Part shown: one piece after another, positions 37,657 through 47,423 of the stretch
How the letters are laid out: each line of letters opens with the position of its first letter
How positions within the stretch are numbered: position 1 is the stretch's first letter
Assembly: GCA_963817525.1 (NCBI GenBank)
Contig: CAWFOU010000007.1
Location: 192,001 to 256,000, forward strand
From: an uncultured archaeon
GTDB taxonomy: Archaea; Thermoproteota; Nitrososphaeria; Nitrososphaerales; Gagatemarchaeaceae
Reading direction: 5' to 3'
DNA length: 64,000 nucleotides
Notes under the pieces: generated by a model
What the model was told of the DNA's origin: nothing
Database searches by the model: none
The model's input: only the letters and a program-made list of their open reading frames with translations
Translations under genes and position numbers: made by a program

Positions 37657-38328
37657 TCAGGAGGACGGCGTCTCTCCCGCGAGGAAGTCACCCAGGATCT
37701 TCTTCTCCGCCCTCCTCAGGATCTCGTTCAGAGTGCCGGGCGCGATGCCAAGCTTCGTCGCGAGCTCGTCCTGCCTTATCCGTCGGGGGTAGTCGTAGAG
37801 GCCAGACTCCATCGCGGACTTTAGCACGCTGAACTGCCTGGGGGTCAACCGGAGGTCGTTGGTGAGGGGGGAGAGCTCCACGACCTTGTAGCCCACGCCG
37901 CCCCTCGACAGTTTGTTGAGCAGCACGGGCACCCCTTCGCTGTTGAGGAAGAGCTTGTACCCGACGGTGCAGTCGTCCTCGGTCGCCGCAGAGGATATGA
38001 AGGATGCAGAGTCGGTGCCGATCAGCGAGGTGCAGACAGTGCACCCGCTGGAGACGACGACGCCCATCATGTGGTCTTTCGAAACGGCTGTCAGCTCCGT
38101 GCTTCTGACGCCGCTCGTCGTGGCCAGGCATTCCCTCAACTTCGCACCAGCGCCCTCGCTCTCCGATGTGGTGATTTCTACGAAATGGGCCACCTCCCGT
38201 CCCTTTCCGCCTTCGACGAGCTTCAATCCCAGGATCTTCACGTATGCCGAATAGACCTGGCACAGCTCCCGCGCCCAGCCGTCGGCGGGCGAGACGAAGC
38301 GGAGCCTCATCATGCGACGTGGGGACAT
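37657..38328 (-). CDS. Bat/HTH_10-type transcriptional regulator
   Basis: LTPRQFSVLKSAMESGLYDYPRRI..ELATKLGIAPGTLNEILRRAEKKI. Confidence 0.88.
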   Translation of the reverse strand: MSPRRMMRLRFVSPADGWARELCQVYSAYVKILGLKLVEGGKGREVAHFVEITTSESEGAGAKLRECLATTSGVRSTELTAVSKDHMMGVVVSSGCTVCTSLIGTDSASFISSAATEDDCTVGYKLFLNSEGVPVLLNKLSRGGVGYKVVELSPLTNDLRLTPRQFSVLKSAMESGLYDYPRRIRQDELATKLGIAPGTLNEILRRAEKKILGDFLAGETPSS

Positions 38329-38373
38329 CGCTAGAATCTTAAGCCTTCCTTCCCGCTTCCGACCTCACGACCG

Positions 38374-39237
38374 ATGACAACGGATAACTACGAGGGCACC
38401 TCGTCCAGACTCGCGACGCCGATGAAGGTCAAGGACGCGCTCCCTCGTATCTTCCAAAGGGCTTACCCTGTCATCGAACCGCAGACCAAGATGCTGTCGG
38501 CGATGTCCCTCCTCCGTTTCCACGAGATAGACGCGCTCCCCCTCTCCTTCGAACCAGGAGAAAAGCGGCAGAGGGCTGTCTTTGGGTCCTCAAGTCTCGC
38601 GAGGCTCATTCTCGTAGGGCCAGAGCAGCTAGGGTCGTTCCTGGGGCGGCCATGCGCGGACGCGTCCGAGCCACTCGCCACGGTGAGGGCCACCCAAGAC
38701 TTGGCGACCCTTCTCGAGACGTTCGCCAAGACGAGGTACGGGTTTGCGCGCGTCGAGGAGCGCACGGGCGTCGGGGCGCTGGCCAGCCTGACAGACGTCT
38801 TGGAGCTCTATGAAACGGGGGTTGTCACGACCAGCCTTAGTGTGAAGGACGTCGGGACGCCCATCTTCTCCATGCCCAGTGATACCTCGTTGAGGAAGGC
38901 GCTCCAGGAGATGTTCAGGAAGAGGTTCAGGAGGGTGTTCGTGTCGGGGAGCAGGGGATTCGTCTCTGACCGCGAGATGATAGGCCATGTCTTCAGCCCC
39001 GGAGTCCTAGGCCAGATACTGCAACGGAGAAAGGGCCCGAAGGAAGTACTCGAGATAACCGTGTCGGAGGTCAAGAAGGTGATGGCGAAGGAGGTCCCGC
39101 CCGGCACAACCCTGAGGAAGGCGGCTAGAGCGCTAAGGGCTGAAAGCAGAGGGCAGTGCCTGGTCTTCGACCACACGGTCGTGACACCGTGGGACATCGT
39201 CATGAAGCCCTGGATGGCGGGGGAGCTCGAGCTTTGA
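38374..39237 (+). CDS. multi-CBS domain protein
   Basis: Repeated CBS-like units (VKDVGTP..SDTSLRKALQEM..RRVFV; VVTPWDIV). Confidence 0.7.
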   Translation: MTTDNYEGTSSRLATPMKVKDALPRIFQRAYPVIEPQTKMLSAMSLLRFHEIDALPLSFEPGEKRQRAVFGSSSLARLILVGPEQLGSFLGRPCADASEPLATVRATQDLATLLETFAKTRYGFARVEERTGVGALASLTDVLELYETGVVTTSLSVKDVGTPIFSMPSDTSLRKALQEMFRKRFRRVFVSGSRGFVSDREMIGHVFSPGVLGQILQRRKGPKEVLEITVSEVKKVMAKEVPPGTTLRKAARALRAESRGQCLVFDHTVVTPWDIVMKPWMAGELEL

Positions 39238-39520
39238 CCCTGATCCAAAGGCTGCTAGTCCCCGCTCGCGCTAGAATTCGTGTAGAACTTCGGATGCTGA
39301 CCCCCAAGAACGCGATCAAGACGGCGTCAAGGGTAAGCAGGACGAGCCATGCGACAGGTCGGCCGTTGGCCCCAGGTCCCCTTCGACCGTCTGCCCGACG
39401 CCTGGGGCTTGATGTTCAAGGATGGGGCCAACGCGAGACGTCCTTTTGTCGGCGCCCATCGAAATCCCTGGCGAGGATAGGCTCGTAAGAGCTAAATTCG
39501 TAAGGCACAAGAGTCTGAAC

Positions 39521-39913
39521 GTGTCCGCCAGTGCGTCCAAGGCCATCGACAAGCAGATTGCCGACCTTCCCGACTGGCGCGGGAAGACATTCGCGAAGCT
39601 CCGCAAGGTCATCCACGAGGCGGACCCCGGCGTCATGGAGGAAGTGAAGTGGCGCAAGCCCAGCAAGCCGACGGGCGTGGCGGTGTGGTCTCACAACGGC
39701 TCCTTCCTGCTCGTGAACGCGTTCAAGGACAAGGTGAACCTCACATTCTACGAGGGCGCGAGGCTTGCAGACCCGAAGAAGCTCTTCAACTCCCGACTTG
39801 AAGGCGACAAGTGGCGGGCGATCGACTTCCACGAAGGGGACGAGATTGACGATCAGGCCCTGAAGGCCCTAATCCGGGCCGCGGTCGCCCTGAACACTTC
39901 CAAGGCTAAGTGA
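39521..39913 (+). CDS. DUF1801 (YdhG-like) protein
   Basis: DWRG...EEVKW...VWSHNG...VNLTFYEGARLADPKKLFN...RAID. Confidence 0.9.
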   Translation: MSASASKAIDKQIADLPDWRGKTFAKLRKVIHEADPGVMEEVKWRKPSKPTGVAVWSHNGSFLLVNAFKDKVNLTFYEGARLADPKKLFNSRLEGDKWRAIDFHEGDEIDDQALKALIRAAVALNTSKAK

Positions 39914-39960
39914 CCCGCTGGAGTCGGCCTTTGCCGGCTCGTCACGGGGCGCGGGAAAAA

Positions 39961-41895
39961 TCATCTGACGACGACTACCGTCACGCCGGAGTGCGCGACG
40001 ACGCCCGCGGAGACGCTGCCCTGGAGGAACCTCCCGGGCGCGCTCAAGCCGCGCGTGCCTATCACTATGAGGTCGGCTCCCTCCTTTTTGGCGGTCTCCA
40101 CTATCGCGTCGGCGGGCGGTCCGCTCCCCCGGACGACGGTCCCCCCTGCGACGGAGACCCCCTCGCTCTTCGCCTCACCCACGACCGAGTCGACGTAAGC
40201 CTCGGCTTCCTTCTCGGCGTAATCGTAGCGCTCCTTCAGGACCCCCGACCCCGAACCCCCGGCTCGAGGGGTCACCGGAGTCACGGCGGACGGGAATTGG
40301 ACCACCCGGAGGACGTCGAGCTCGGCGTGGTAGTCCCGAGCGAAGCTGATGGCCGTCCTCGCCGCCCGCGCCCCGTTCTCAGAGCCGTCGACCGCGACCA
40401 GTATCTTGTTCATGGCGAGCGACCTTTTCCCCTCGGCGATGGGGAAGGAGAGCGGAGTCGTAGCCTGCAGGGTCGTCTCCTTGGACATCACCACCGTCTT
40501 CGGGCTCCTGATGACGGAGGCGAAGACGATGCCGACGCCGGAGAGCACCGCGGCCCCCAGGAAGGCGTACCTGAACCCGTCGACCGTCGCGGCCGCCGAG
40601 GTCACGGAGGCGCCGACGCTAGCCGCCACCACCCCGACTATGGTCACGGCTATCGCGAGGCCGATGGGGCCCCCCACCTGCGTCGAGGTGTTGATCAGCC
40701 CCGACGCGAGGCCTTCCTCGCCCCTCCTCGCCCCGCTCAGCGCGGCTATGTTGAACGCGGTGAAGGCCAGAGCGGCCCCCAGTGAGACCACGAGCATCTC
40801 GGGGAGGAGGCCCGTGAGGAAGGAGGTCCCCACGGCGAGCCGGGTCAGCAGGAGGAAGCCCGCCGCCTGGATGGTCATCCCGACGAGGAGGACTGGCTTG
40901 GGGCCGAAGCGGGTGACGAGCCTCGCGGAGAGGAAGCCGCCTACCGAGAGGAAGACCAGCGCCGTCGGGAGGAAGGCGAGACCGGCCGACAGGGCAGAGT
41001 ATCCCTGTATCGTCTGGAGGAAGATGGTCAGGAGGAATATCATGGAGCTCACCGCGGCTATCGTGAGGACGGCGAGCGCGTTCGCGCTGAAGACGGCCCC
41101 TCGCCGGAGGAAGGAGAGCGGCATCAGCGGAGCGCCCGACCGGTGCTCGATCACGAGGAAGCCCGCCAGGACCGCGCCCGAGAGGCTCAGGGGCACGAGG
41201 GTATCGGCAGAGAGGAGGCCCTTGTTCGCGGCGTTGGTGAGGGCGTAGACGAGTATCGACAGCCCCAAGGTCACCGAGAGCGCGCCGGGGAGGTCGAGCC
41301 GCCTCTGGTTGGGGTCCCCGCGGCTCTCCACGAGGAGGCGCGTCGCCAGGACGGCGGTCACGATGCCGATCGGGACGTTCACGAAGAAGATGGACCTCCA
41401 GCCGAGCGTGGCGGTGAGGACGCCCCCCAGGATCACCCCCGCGGCGAAGGCTGCGGACGAGACGGCTGCGAAGATGCTGAGCGCCCGGTTTCTTTCGCGC
41501 CCCTCCGGGAAGGTGACCACGAGCAGGGAGAGGCCCGTCGCCGAGGCTATCGCTGCCCCCACGCCTTGCACGGCCCTCGCGCCGATCAGGATGCTCTCAG
41601 AGGGGGCGAGGCCGCCGGCGAGAGATGAGAGCGCGAAGACGACCAGCCCGATGCCGAAAAGCCTGCGCCTCCCGTATAGGTCGGAGGCCCGGCCGCTGAG
41701 GAGGAGGAAGCCGGCGAAGGTGAGTCCGTAGGCGCTCACTATCCACTGGCTGTCGGCCAGGGATATCCCGAGCTGGGTGCGCATCGTGGGAAGGGCTATC
41801 TGGACGATCGAAAAGTCAAGGACGATGACGAACTGCGCGAGGACGAGCAGCGTCAGGATCAGAGAGAGGCGCGGCGGCGAGGCTGGTTTGGACAA
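39961..41895 (-). CDS. DHA2-type MFS transporter fused to a universal stress protein (USP) domain
   Basis: 14-TMS MFS (LDFSIV.ALP, GRASDLYGRRR, WRSIFFVNVPIG) followed in frame by MNKILVAVDGS...ADLIVIGTRG..GSVS...VVVVR. Confidence 0.88.
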   Translation of the reverse strand: MSKPASPPRLSLILTLLVLAQFVIVLDFSIVQIALPTMRTQLGISLADSQWIVSAYGLTFAGFLLLSGRASDLYGRRRLFGIGLVVFALSSLAGGLAPSESILIGARAVQGVGAAIASATGLSLLVVTFPEGRERNRALSIFAAVSSAAFAAGVILGGVLTATLGWRSIFFVNVPIGIVTAVLATRLLVESRGDPNQRRLDLPGALSVTLGLSILVYALTNAANKGLLSADTLVPLSLSGAVLAGFLVIEHRSGAPLMPLSFLRRGAVFSANALAVLTIAAVSSMIFLLTIFLQTIQGYSALSAGLAFLPTALVFLSVGGFLSARLVTRFGPKPVLLVGMTIQAAGFLLLTRLAVGTSFLTGLLPEMLVVSLGAALAFTAFNIAALSGARRGEEGLASGLINTSTQVGGPIGLAIAVTIVGVVAASVGASVTSAAATVDGFRYAFLGAAVLSGVGIVFASVIRSPKTVVMSKETTLQATTPLSFPIAEGKRSLAMNKILVAVDGSENGARAARTAISFARDYHAELDVLRVVQFPSAVTPVTPRAGGSGSGVLKERYDYAEKEAEAYVDSVVGEAKSEGVSVAGGTVVRGSGPPADAIVETAKKEGADLIVIGTRGLSAPGRFLQGSVSAGVVAHSGVTVVVVR

Positions 41896-42040
41896 GAGAA
41901 TTCGGCTGGAAGGTCGGCCCAGAATCGTTTGTTATTAAACGTGGTAGTATTCCCGGACTAAGTAGGTGTCTTACACTTACTGATATTTTGTTCACGAATC
42001 GCAGTAATAGCGGGGCTTTCGTATAGCACACCGCTCGCGG

Positions 42041-42973
42041 TTGCCGCCTCGCCAAGAAGCACCTGACAACGACGCCCCGGAGATACCCGACAAGTGCCCG
42101 AACTGCGGGAAGAGCGGGACCTTCGTGCGGGACGAGGAGAGCGGCGAGCTTGTGTGCAGCAACTGCGGCTTCGTGCTCAGGGACAAGGAGGAGGAGTCGG
42201 GACCTGCTTTCTCGAAGTCAGAGGGCGGCCCCACGGAGATCGCGTCCGGCCCTCCGGCCTCGATCTCGCAGCCTGACATGGGGCTCGAGACCGTCATAGG
42301 CAGGACGGGACGGGACGCGTCGGGGAGCTCGCTGTCCCCCAGGATGAGGTCGACCGTGGACAGGATCAGGGTCTGGGACAGGAGGACCCGGACCAACCAG
42401 GCCGGCTACCGTGGCATGAGCAAGGCCTTCGACGAGATCAAGACCATAGCGGCAAAGCTGTCCGTGGGAGAGGCGGCCATAGAGCGCGCCGCCTACATCT
42501 ACAGGAAGGCGGCGGAGAAGCGCATCACGAGGGGGAGGTCAATCTCCCAGCTCTCGGCCGCGGCCCTGTATGCCGCGTGCAGGGACCTGGAGATCCCGAG
42601 GAGCCTAAAGGACGTCGCGGCGGCGGGGAACATCGACAAGAAGGACCTGTCGCGGTCGTACAGGACGCTCGTCACGGAGCTCGACATCAAGATGCCCGTG
42701 GAGGACCCCGTGCGCTCGGTGCCCAAGATAGGGTCGGCCATCGGCGTCTCTCCCAGGACGATGAGCAGGGCGCAGGAGATCCTGAGGATGGCAAAGGCGC
42801 AGGGCGTGTCCGCCGGGAAGGACCCGATGGGGCTCGCCGGGGCCGCCCTATACATCGCGAGCCACCTCGAGGGCGAGGGCAAGTCCCAGCCGAGGGTCGC
42901 CGAGGCCGCGGAGGTCACGGAGGTCACCGTGAGGAACAGGTACAGGGCGCTAAAGTCAAGCCTGAAGCTGTGA
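42041..42973 (+). CDS. tfb: transcription initiation factor IIB (TFB paralog)
   Basis: CPNC...GELVCSNCG Zn ribbon; two cyclin repeats (RGRS...AAALYAACR; [13 protein letters not shown]; [10 protein letters not shown]). Confidence 0.93.
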   Translation: MPPRQEAPDNDAPEIPDKCPNCGKSGTFVRDEESGELVCSNCGFVLRDKEEESGPAFSKSEGGPTEIASGPPASISQPDMGLETVIGRTGRDASGSSLSPRMRSTVDRIRVWDRRTRTNQAGYRGMSKAFDEIKTIAAKLSVGEAAIERAAYIYRKAAEKRITRGRSISQLSAAALYAACRDLEIPRSLKDVAAAGNIDKKDLSRSYRTLVTELDIKMPVEDPVRSVPKIGSAIGVSPRTMSRAQEILRMAKAQGVSAGKDPMGLAGAALYIASHLEGEGKSQPRVAEAAEVTEVTVRNRYRALKSSLKL

Positions 42974-43070
42974 GCCTAGGCCCAGCACCTCTGACTCCTC
43001 GTTGTGCGCCCGGACTGGACGTGCTTCGTTTTTATATTCCGGACACGGCCTGAGGAAAGGCGTCGCGAAG

Positions 43071-44138
43071 ATGGAGATTGGAGTAGACAGCTTCGCAGCG
43101 GCCGTCTCGGACCCGGCGACCGGCCTGGTAGTGACCCCGGTCGAACGGATGCAGCACCTGCTCGAGGAGATGGAGCTGGCCGACAAAGTCGGGCTCGACG
43201 TCTTCGGCATAGGGGAACACCACAGGGTCGAGTTCCTGGACTCCGCCCCGGCCGTGATTTTGGCCGCGGCTGCCGCGAGGACCAAGAAGATCCGGCTGAC
43301 GAGCGCGGTTACGGTCCTAAGCGCCGCGGACCCGGTCCGCGTCTTCCAAGAGTTCGCCACACTCGACCTCATCTCAAAGGGCCGGGCCGAGATCGTCGCA
43401 GGTCGCGGCTCTTTCGTGGAGGCCTATCCGCTTTTCGGCCTAAACCTCGAGGACTACGACTCGCTCTTCGAGGAGAAGCTCGACCTGCTGCTCAAGATCC
43501 GTGAGAACACCCACGTGCACTGGTCTGGCACCCACCGCCCGGCGCTCACAGGCCAGGCCGTTTACCCTCGCCCGCTGCAGAACCCCCTTCCCATCTGGGT
43601 GGGGGTGGGCGGGACTCCCACCTCCTTCGTCCGCGCCGGCCTCCTAGGGCTCCCCCTCATGGTGGCCATCATAGGCGGCGAACCCGAGAGGTTCAGGCCC
43701 CTCGTCGACCTATACCGCGAGGCGGGGCGCCGCGCGGGCCACTCCCCCGACAAGCTAACCGTCGGGCTCCACTCCATCGGCTTCTTGGCGGACACCACGG
43801 AGCAGGCGGCCGACGAGTTCTTCCCGGGCTTCGCGCGCACCTTCACTGAGATTGGCAAGGAGCGCGGCTGGTCTCCGACGACCCGGGCCCAGTTCGACGC
43901 CCAGCGCGGGCCGACGGGCGCGTACTTGATCGGCGACGCCGAGACGGTGGCCAAGAAGATGCTCTACTTGAGCGAGGCGCTGGGCGGCCTCTCCCGGATA
44001 ACCTTCCAGATGGGGGTCTCGACGCTTCCTCACGAGCAGATGCGGAGGGCCATCGAGATCCTGGGCAAGGAGGTGGCGCCCATCGTCCGCCGTGAGTCCG
44101 CGGACGCCGCGAAGCCGGAGTCCGGGGAAAGACCATAA
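43071..44138 (+). CDS. LLM-class (luciferase-like) flavin-dependent oxidoreductase
   Basis: [15 protein letters not shown]...[26 protein letters not shown]. Confidence 0.92.
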   Translation: MEIGVDSFAAAVSDPATGLVVTPVERMQHLLEEMELADKVGLDVFGIGEHHRVEFLDSAPAVILAAAAARTKKIRLTSAVTVLSAADPVRVFQEFATLDLISKGRAEIVAGRGSFVEAYPLFGLNLEDYDSLFEEKLDLLLKIRENTHVHWSGTHRPALTGQAVYPRPLQNPLPIWVGVGGTPTSFVRAGLLGLPLMVAIIGGEPERFRPLVDLYREAGRRAGHSPDKLTVGLHSIGFLADTTEQAADEFFPGFARTFTEIGKERGWSPTTRAQFDAQRGPTGAYLIGDAETVAKKMLYLSEALGGLSRITFQMGVSTLPHEQMRRAIEILGKEVAPIVRRESADAAKPESGERP

Positions 44139-44164
44139 ATAATTTCGGAGAGAGCTAAGCCCCC

Positions 44165-44284
44165 ATGCCTCAAAGCGAGGGCGACGCGTCGGTGTCGCGG
44201 GTGAAGGCGGATGTCTGCGCGGCGTGCGGGAGGTCCCTAAAGGCCGACTCGAAGTTTTGTAGCAACTGCGGAGCGAAGGTCTAG
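44165..44284 (+). CDS. 39-aa Zn-ribbon microprotein (not in ORF track)
   Basis: MPQSEGDASVSRVKADVCAACGRSLKADSKFCSNCGAKV-stop; CxxCG...FCxxCG; AT-rich box ~25 bp upstream. Confidence 0.65.
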   Translation: MPQSEGDASVSRVKADVCAACGRSLKADSKFCSNCGAKV

Positions 44285-44295
44285 CCTTATCCTTC

Positions 44296-44604
44296 CTAGA
44301 ACGGGGAGGTCGGCTCTAATTTGGTCGCGTAGATCAGGTTGTTGTAGTCCTTTACGACCTCGAACCCCTTCTCGGTGGCGACGTACTCTGTCCTAGAGTT
44401 CTCGACTCGATGCTTCAGGAAGCCCGACGCGGTGAGAATCTCAAGGTTCTTCTGCAGCACCACCCAAGAGGTGTTGCTTCGATACATGATCTGCGTCGGC
44501 TTGGTGCAGCCCGACGTCACGACGCTCAGGACGTCCATCCTGATCTCGAACGGCGACCGCCTTGTGACCTGACGCCTCTTCTCGGAATCCAGAGCTTGAA
44601 TCAT
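44296..44604 (-). CDS. winged-helix DNA-binding protein (archaeal HTH_45 type)
   Basis: RRSPFEIRMDVL...KPTQIMYRSNTSW...YVATEKG. Confidence 0.85.
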   Translation of the reverse strand: MIQALDSEKRRQVTRRSPFEIRMDVLSVVTSGCTKPTQIMYRSNTSWVVLQKNLEILTASGFLKHRVENSRTEYVATEKGFEVVKDYNNLIYATKLEPTSPF

Positions 44605-44693
44605 GTTTGCTTGCAGTCGCTTGGAGAGCCGTTCACTCTATAAGAACGGGTTGAACATCTTGTTCGACTGCCCGCGAGAGGAAAGGAGCGGTG

Positions 44694-45143
44694 CTACTCT
44701 TTCTGCGAGTCCCAGGCCTTCCAGCGCGAGGCGGTTGCGGAAGTGTCGACGAACGGGGCGATCACGCGCGTCGCCTCGACCTTGATTAGGACGCGCCTCT
44801 GGCCCGGCCGGCGCATGGGGTACTTGTCCTTCCCGAGGTACTTCTTCGCCATCTTGTCGACGTGCTCCTCCGCCCCGTTGAAGGTCACCTCTTTGACCCG
44901 GCCGCGGATCACCGCCATGTTATAGGCGCTGGTCGGGTCGCACACGTCAAGGGCGACCCTCGGGTCTCTCAGGACGTTCTTGTGCTTCTGGCTGCCCTCG
45001 AACGTGTTGATCAGCACGAGGTCTCCCTCGTGGTCGACCCACGTCTGCGTGACGTGGGGCGAGCCGTCTTTCATCAGCGTGGCTACGTTCGCGAAGACCT
45101 TACCCTCAATCAGGTTCTTGACGGCATCTGGCAGGGGCTCCAT
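44694..45143 (-). CDS. PPOX-class F420-dependent oxidoreductase-like protein
   Basis: VATLMKDGSPHVT.W, KHKNVLRDPRVAL, IRGRV, MAKKYLG..YP. Confidence 0.88.
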   Translation of the reverse strand: MEPLPDAVKNLIEGKVFANVATLMKDGSPHVTQTWVDHEGDLVLINTFEGSQKHKNVLRDPRVALDVCDPTSAYNMAVIRGRVKEVTFNGAEEHVDKMAKKYLGKDKYPMRRPGQRRVLIKVEATRVIAPFVDTSATASRWKAWDSQKE

Positions 45144-45204
45144 TCTACGGGGTGAGACGTCGTCCCGCTATATTAACGACAAAGAGCCCCTACGTCCGGC
45201 TACG

Positions 45205-45726
45205 TCACTCCCGGAGGGGGGCCTTCATCATCTGGAACTGCCTCTCGTTGGTCCACGCGTACTGCCTGATCTGCTCGAACTGGGCCACGAAGTTGTCATA
45301 CCACGCCTGCGACGAGAAGACCATCGCAGTATTGACCTGGAACCAGGCGCTTTCCGAGAAGTTAGTGGAGCCCTCCCAGCACCAGACCGGGTCGTCGTTG
45401 GAGACGACACCCTTAGTGTGGCAGATGTATTGGACTCCCGCGGGCGAGGTGCCTATCGTCACCTCTATCCCCGCGTCTATCAGCCGCTGGATCTGTCCGG
45501 CCTGGAGCGCCCCCTCGGACTGGCTGTGGTCCAGGAAGATGTGGAGGGGGACGCCGTTCTGGTGCGCCGAGATCAGGTCGTCTATCAGGGGCACGAGGGT
45601 GAAGCTGAAGGCGATGATGTAGGTCTCCCCGGGGTCGCTGATGTGGTTGAGGAGCTCCTGCTCCGCGACGGTCCCGTCGGCTGGGAGGAGGTAGCACGTT
45701 ATCGTCGCGGTCATCTGGAATGGCAT
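45205..45726 (-). CDS. single-domain phospholipase D/Nuc-family protein
   Basis: AFSFT..LIDDLISAHQNGV..FLD, HTKGVVSND (HxK), GSTNFS, QVN. Confidence 0.8.
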   Translation of the reverse strand: MPFQMTATITCYLLPADGTVAEQELLNHISDPGETYIIAFSFTLVPLIDDLISAHQNGVPLHIFLDHSQSEGALQAGQIQRLIDAGIEVTIGTSPAGVQYICHTKGVVSNDDPVWCWEGSTNFSESAWFQVNTAMVFSSQAWYDNFVAQFEQIRQYAWTNERQFQMMKAPLRE

Positions 45727-45770
45727 GGTTTGTTTTCGGAGGCCGCGCTATTTCTCGCTTTTGCGAGGAT

Positions 45771-47367
45771 TCATCGCTTCGCGGGTTTGGCCTGCGGCGA
45801 GAGCACGCCCAGCAGGTCCCTCCCGATGGGGCTTCCCCACCCCGTGCACGCGCTCCAGCCCGGCCCGGCGCTGTAGGCCCCGTTGGTGCCCGAGACGACG
45901 TCGTCGAACGCGGCCTGCGACCCCTTTGCATAGAGGAGGGGGTTGACGTACCCGGCGGGCTTGCCCAAGCCCTGGTTGATCAGGGCGAAGAGGCCCGTCC
46001 AGAGCGGCGCGACGGCGCTCGTCCCTCCCACCGTGATCTCCTGCCCGTCCACGAAGACGCTGTAGCCGGTCTGGGGGTCTGCGTCCCCCGCGACGTCCGG
46101 GACGCCCCGCCCTATCCTGCCTCCTGGGTTGGCCGAAGGCGGCACCCCGGCCCCCACCTGCCAGGAGGGGAGCGCGAAGACGTCGCTCACTCCGCCACCG
46201 GTGGCCCCGCCGCTGGGGAGGTCGTCCCAGACCACCTGGCTCACTATCTCGCCCCCGCTGGCCGTCAGGCGCGTCCCTCCGCAGCCGGTGACGTACTGCG
46301 AGGAGGCGGGGTAGTCGACGTGGGCGAGGCCGTCCTCCACGCCGTCGGAGGACCCCTGGTCGCCCGACGCGGCGAAGACAGTGACGCCGAGCGCGGCGGC
46401 GTCCTGGAAGGCCTGGTCGAGGGCCTGGATCCCCTGGGAGGTCCACTCCGACTCGGCGCTCCCCCAGCTGATGGAGATCACGGAGGGCTTTCCCTGCGGC
46501 CCATGAAGGGCGGCGTTCACCGCATCGACGAAGCCCGCGTCCGTGTTGGGCGCGAAGTAGACGAGGGTCTGGGCCTTGGGCGCTATCGTCCCGGCGACCT
46601 CGATGTCTAGGAGGACCTCGGCGTCGGGGCCGTTGGGGTCCCCAGTGGGGGCGTTGGAGGTCCCGTCCACCGAGACCGAGGTCACCGAGGGGAGAGGGAT
46701 CCCCAGGCCGGAGAAGTAGGTCTGAAGGTCGCTGGGAGCGTACCCGCCCCCGAGCTCGACAATGCCGATGGTCTGCCCCGACCCGTCCTGGGCCGAGGGG
46801 AAGTCGTAGAGCTCGCCGACCTGGAGCGGGCGTGTAGGAGACGCCCGCCGCGGCGGCAGGCCTGATGCGAAAGTGCGTCCGCGCCTGCGGCCTGTTGTCC
46901 ATCCCCAGCACCGCGCTCACCCTCGGCGCCAGGTCCGGCGGGAGGTAGACGGCCCCGAGGCGGCCGCGATAGCTGCCCCCGAGGCGGTGGACGTAGCGCG
47001 AGAGGCTCACCTTAAACGCGCTCGAGAACTGCCCCACGGTCCCGGAGAGCACGACGGCGCGCTTCGCTTGGCTGGCGTCCACGACCTTGAACGAGTTGTC
47101 CCTCGCGAACTCGCGCACCCTCGCGAGGTCCCCGCGGGTCGACCCGAAGGCCTTGGTGAACTCTGACCTCGTCAGGTAGGACCTCTCCTTCGGGAGTTTT
47201 GAGCCGAGCCGCCTCACCAGCGAGAGCTCCCGGCCCGGGGCGCGGGGACGCAGCACGACGGTGACGAGGATGCTCTCCTCGGGGTCGACGCGGCCGGAGA
47301 GGCGGGACCCCCCGAGCGGCCTCCTTTCGCTCCCCGGAAGCGCGACGCGCGCGCGATCTGCGGACAT
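45771..47367 (-). CDS. S53 family serine-carboxyl peptidase (kumamolisin/sedolisin), apparent frameshift near 46829
   Basis: Pro-kumamolisin domain, [44 protein letters not shown]. Confidence 0.9.
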
Positions 47368-47423
47368 GGGGAGAGAGAAGGAGCCGGTGCTATGAAAACT
47401 TCGCTGAGCCCAGGAGGGCCGCG

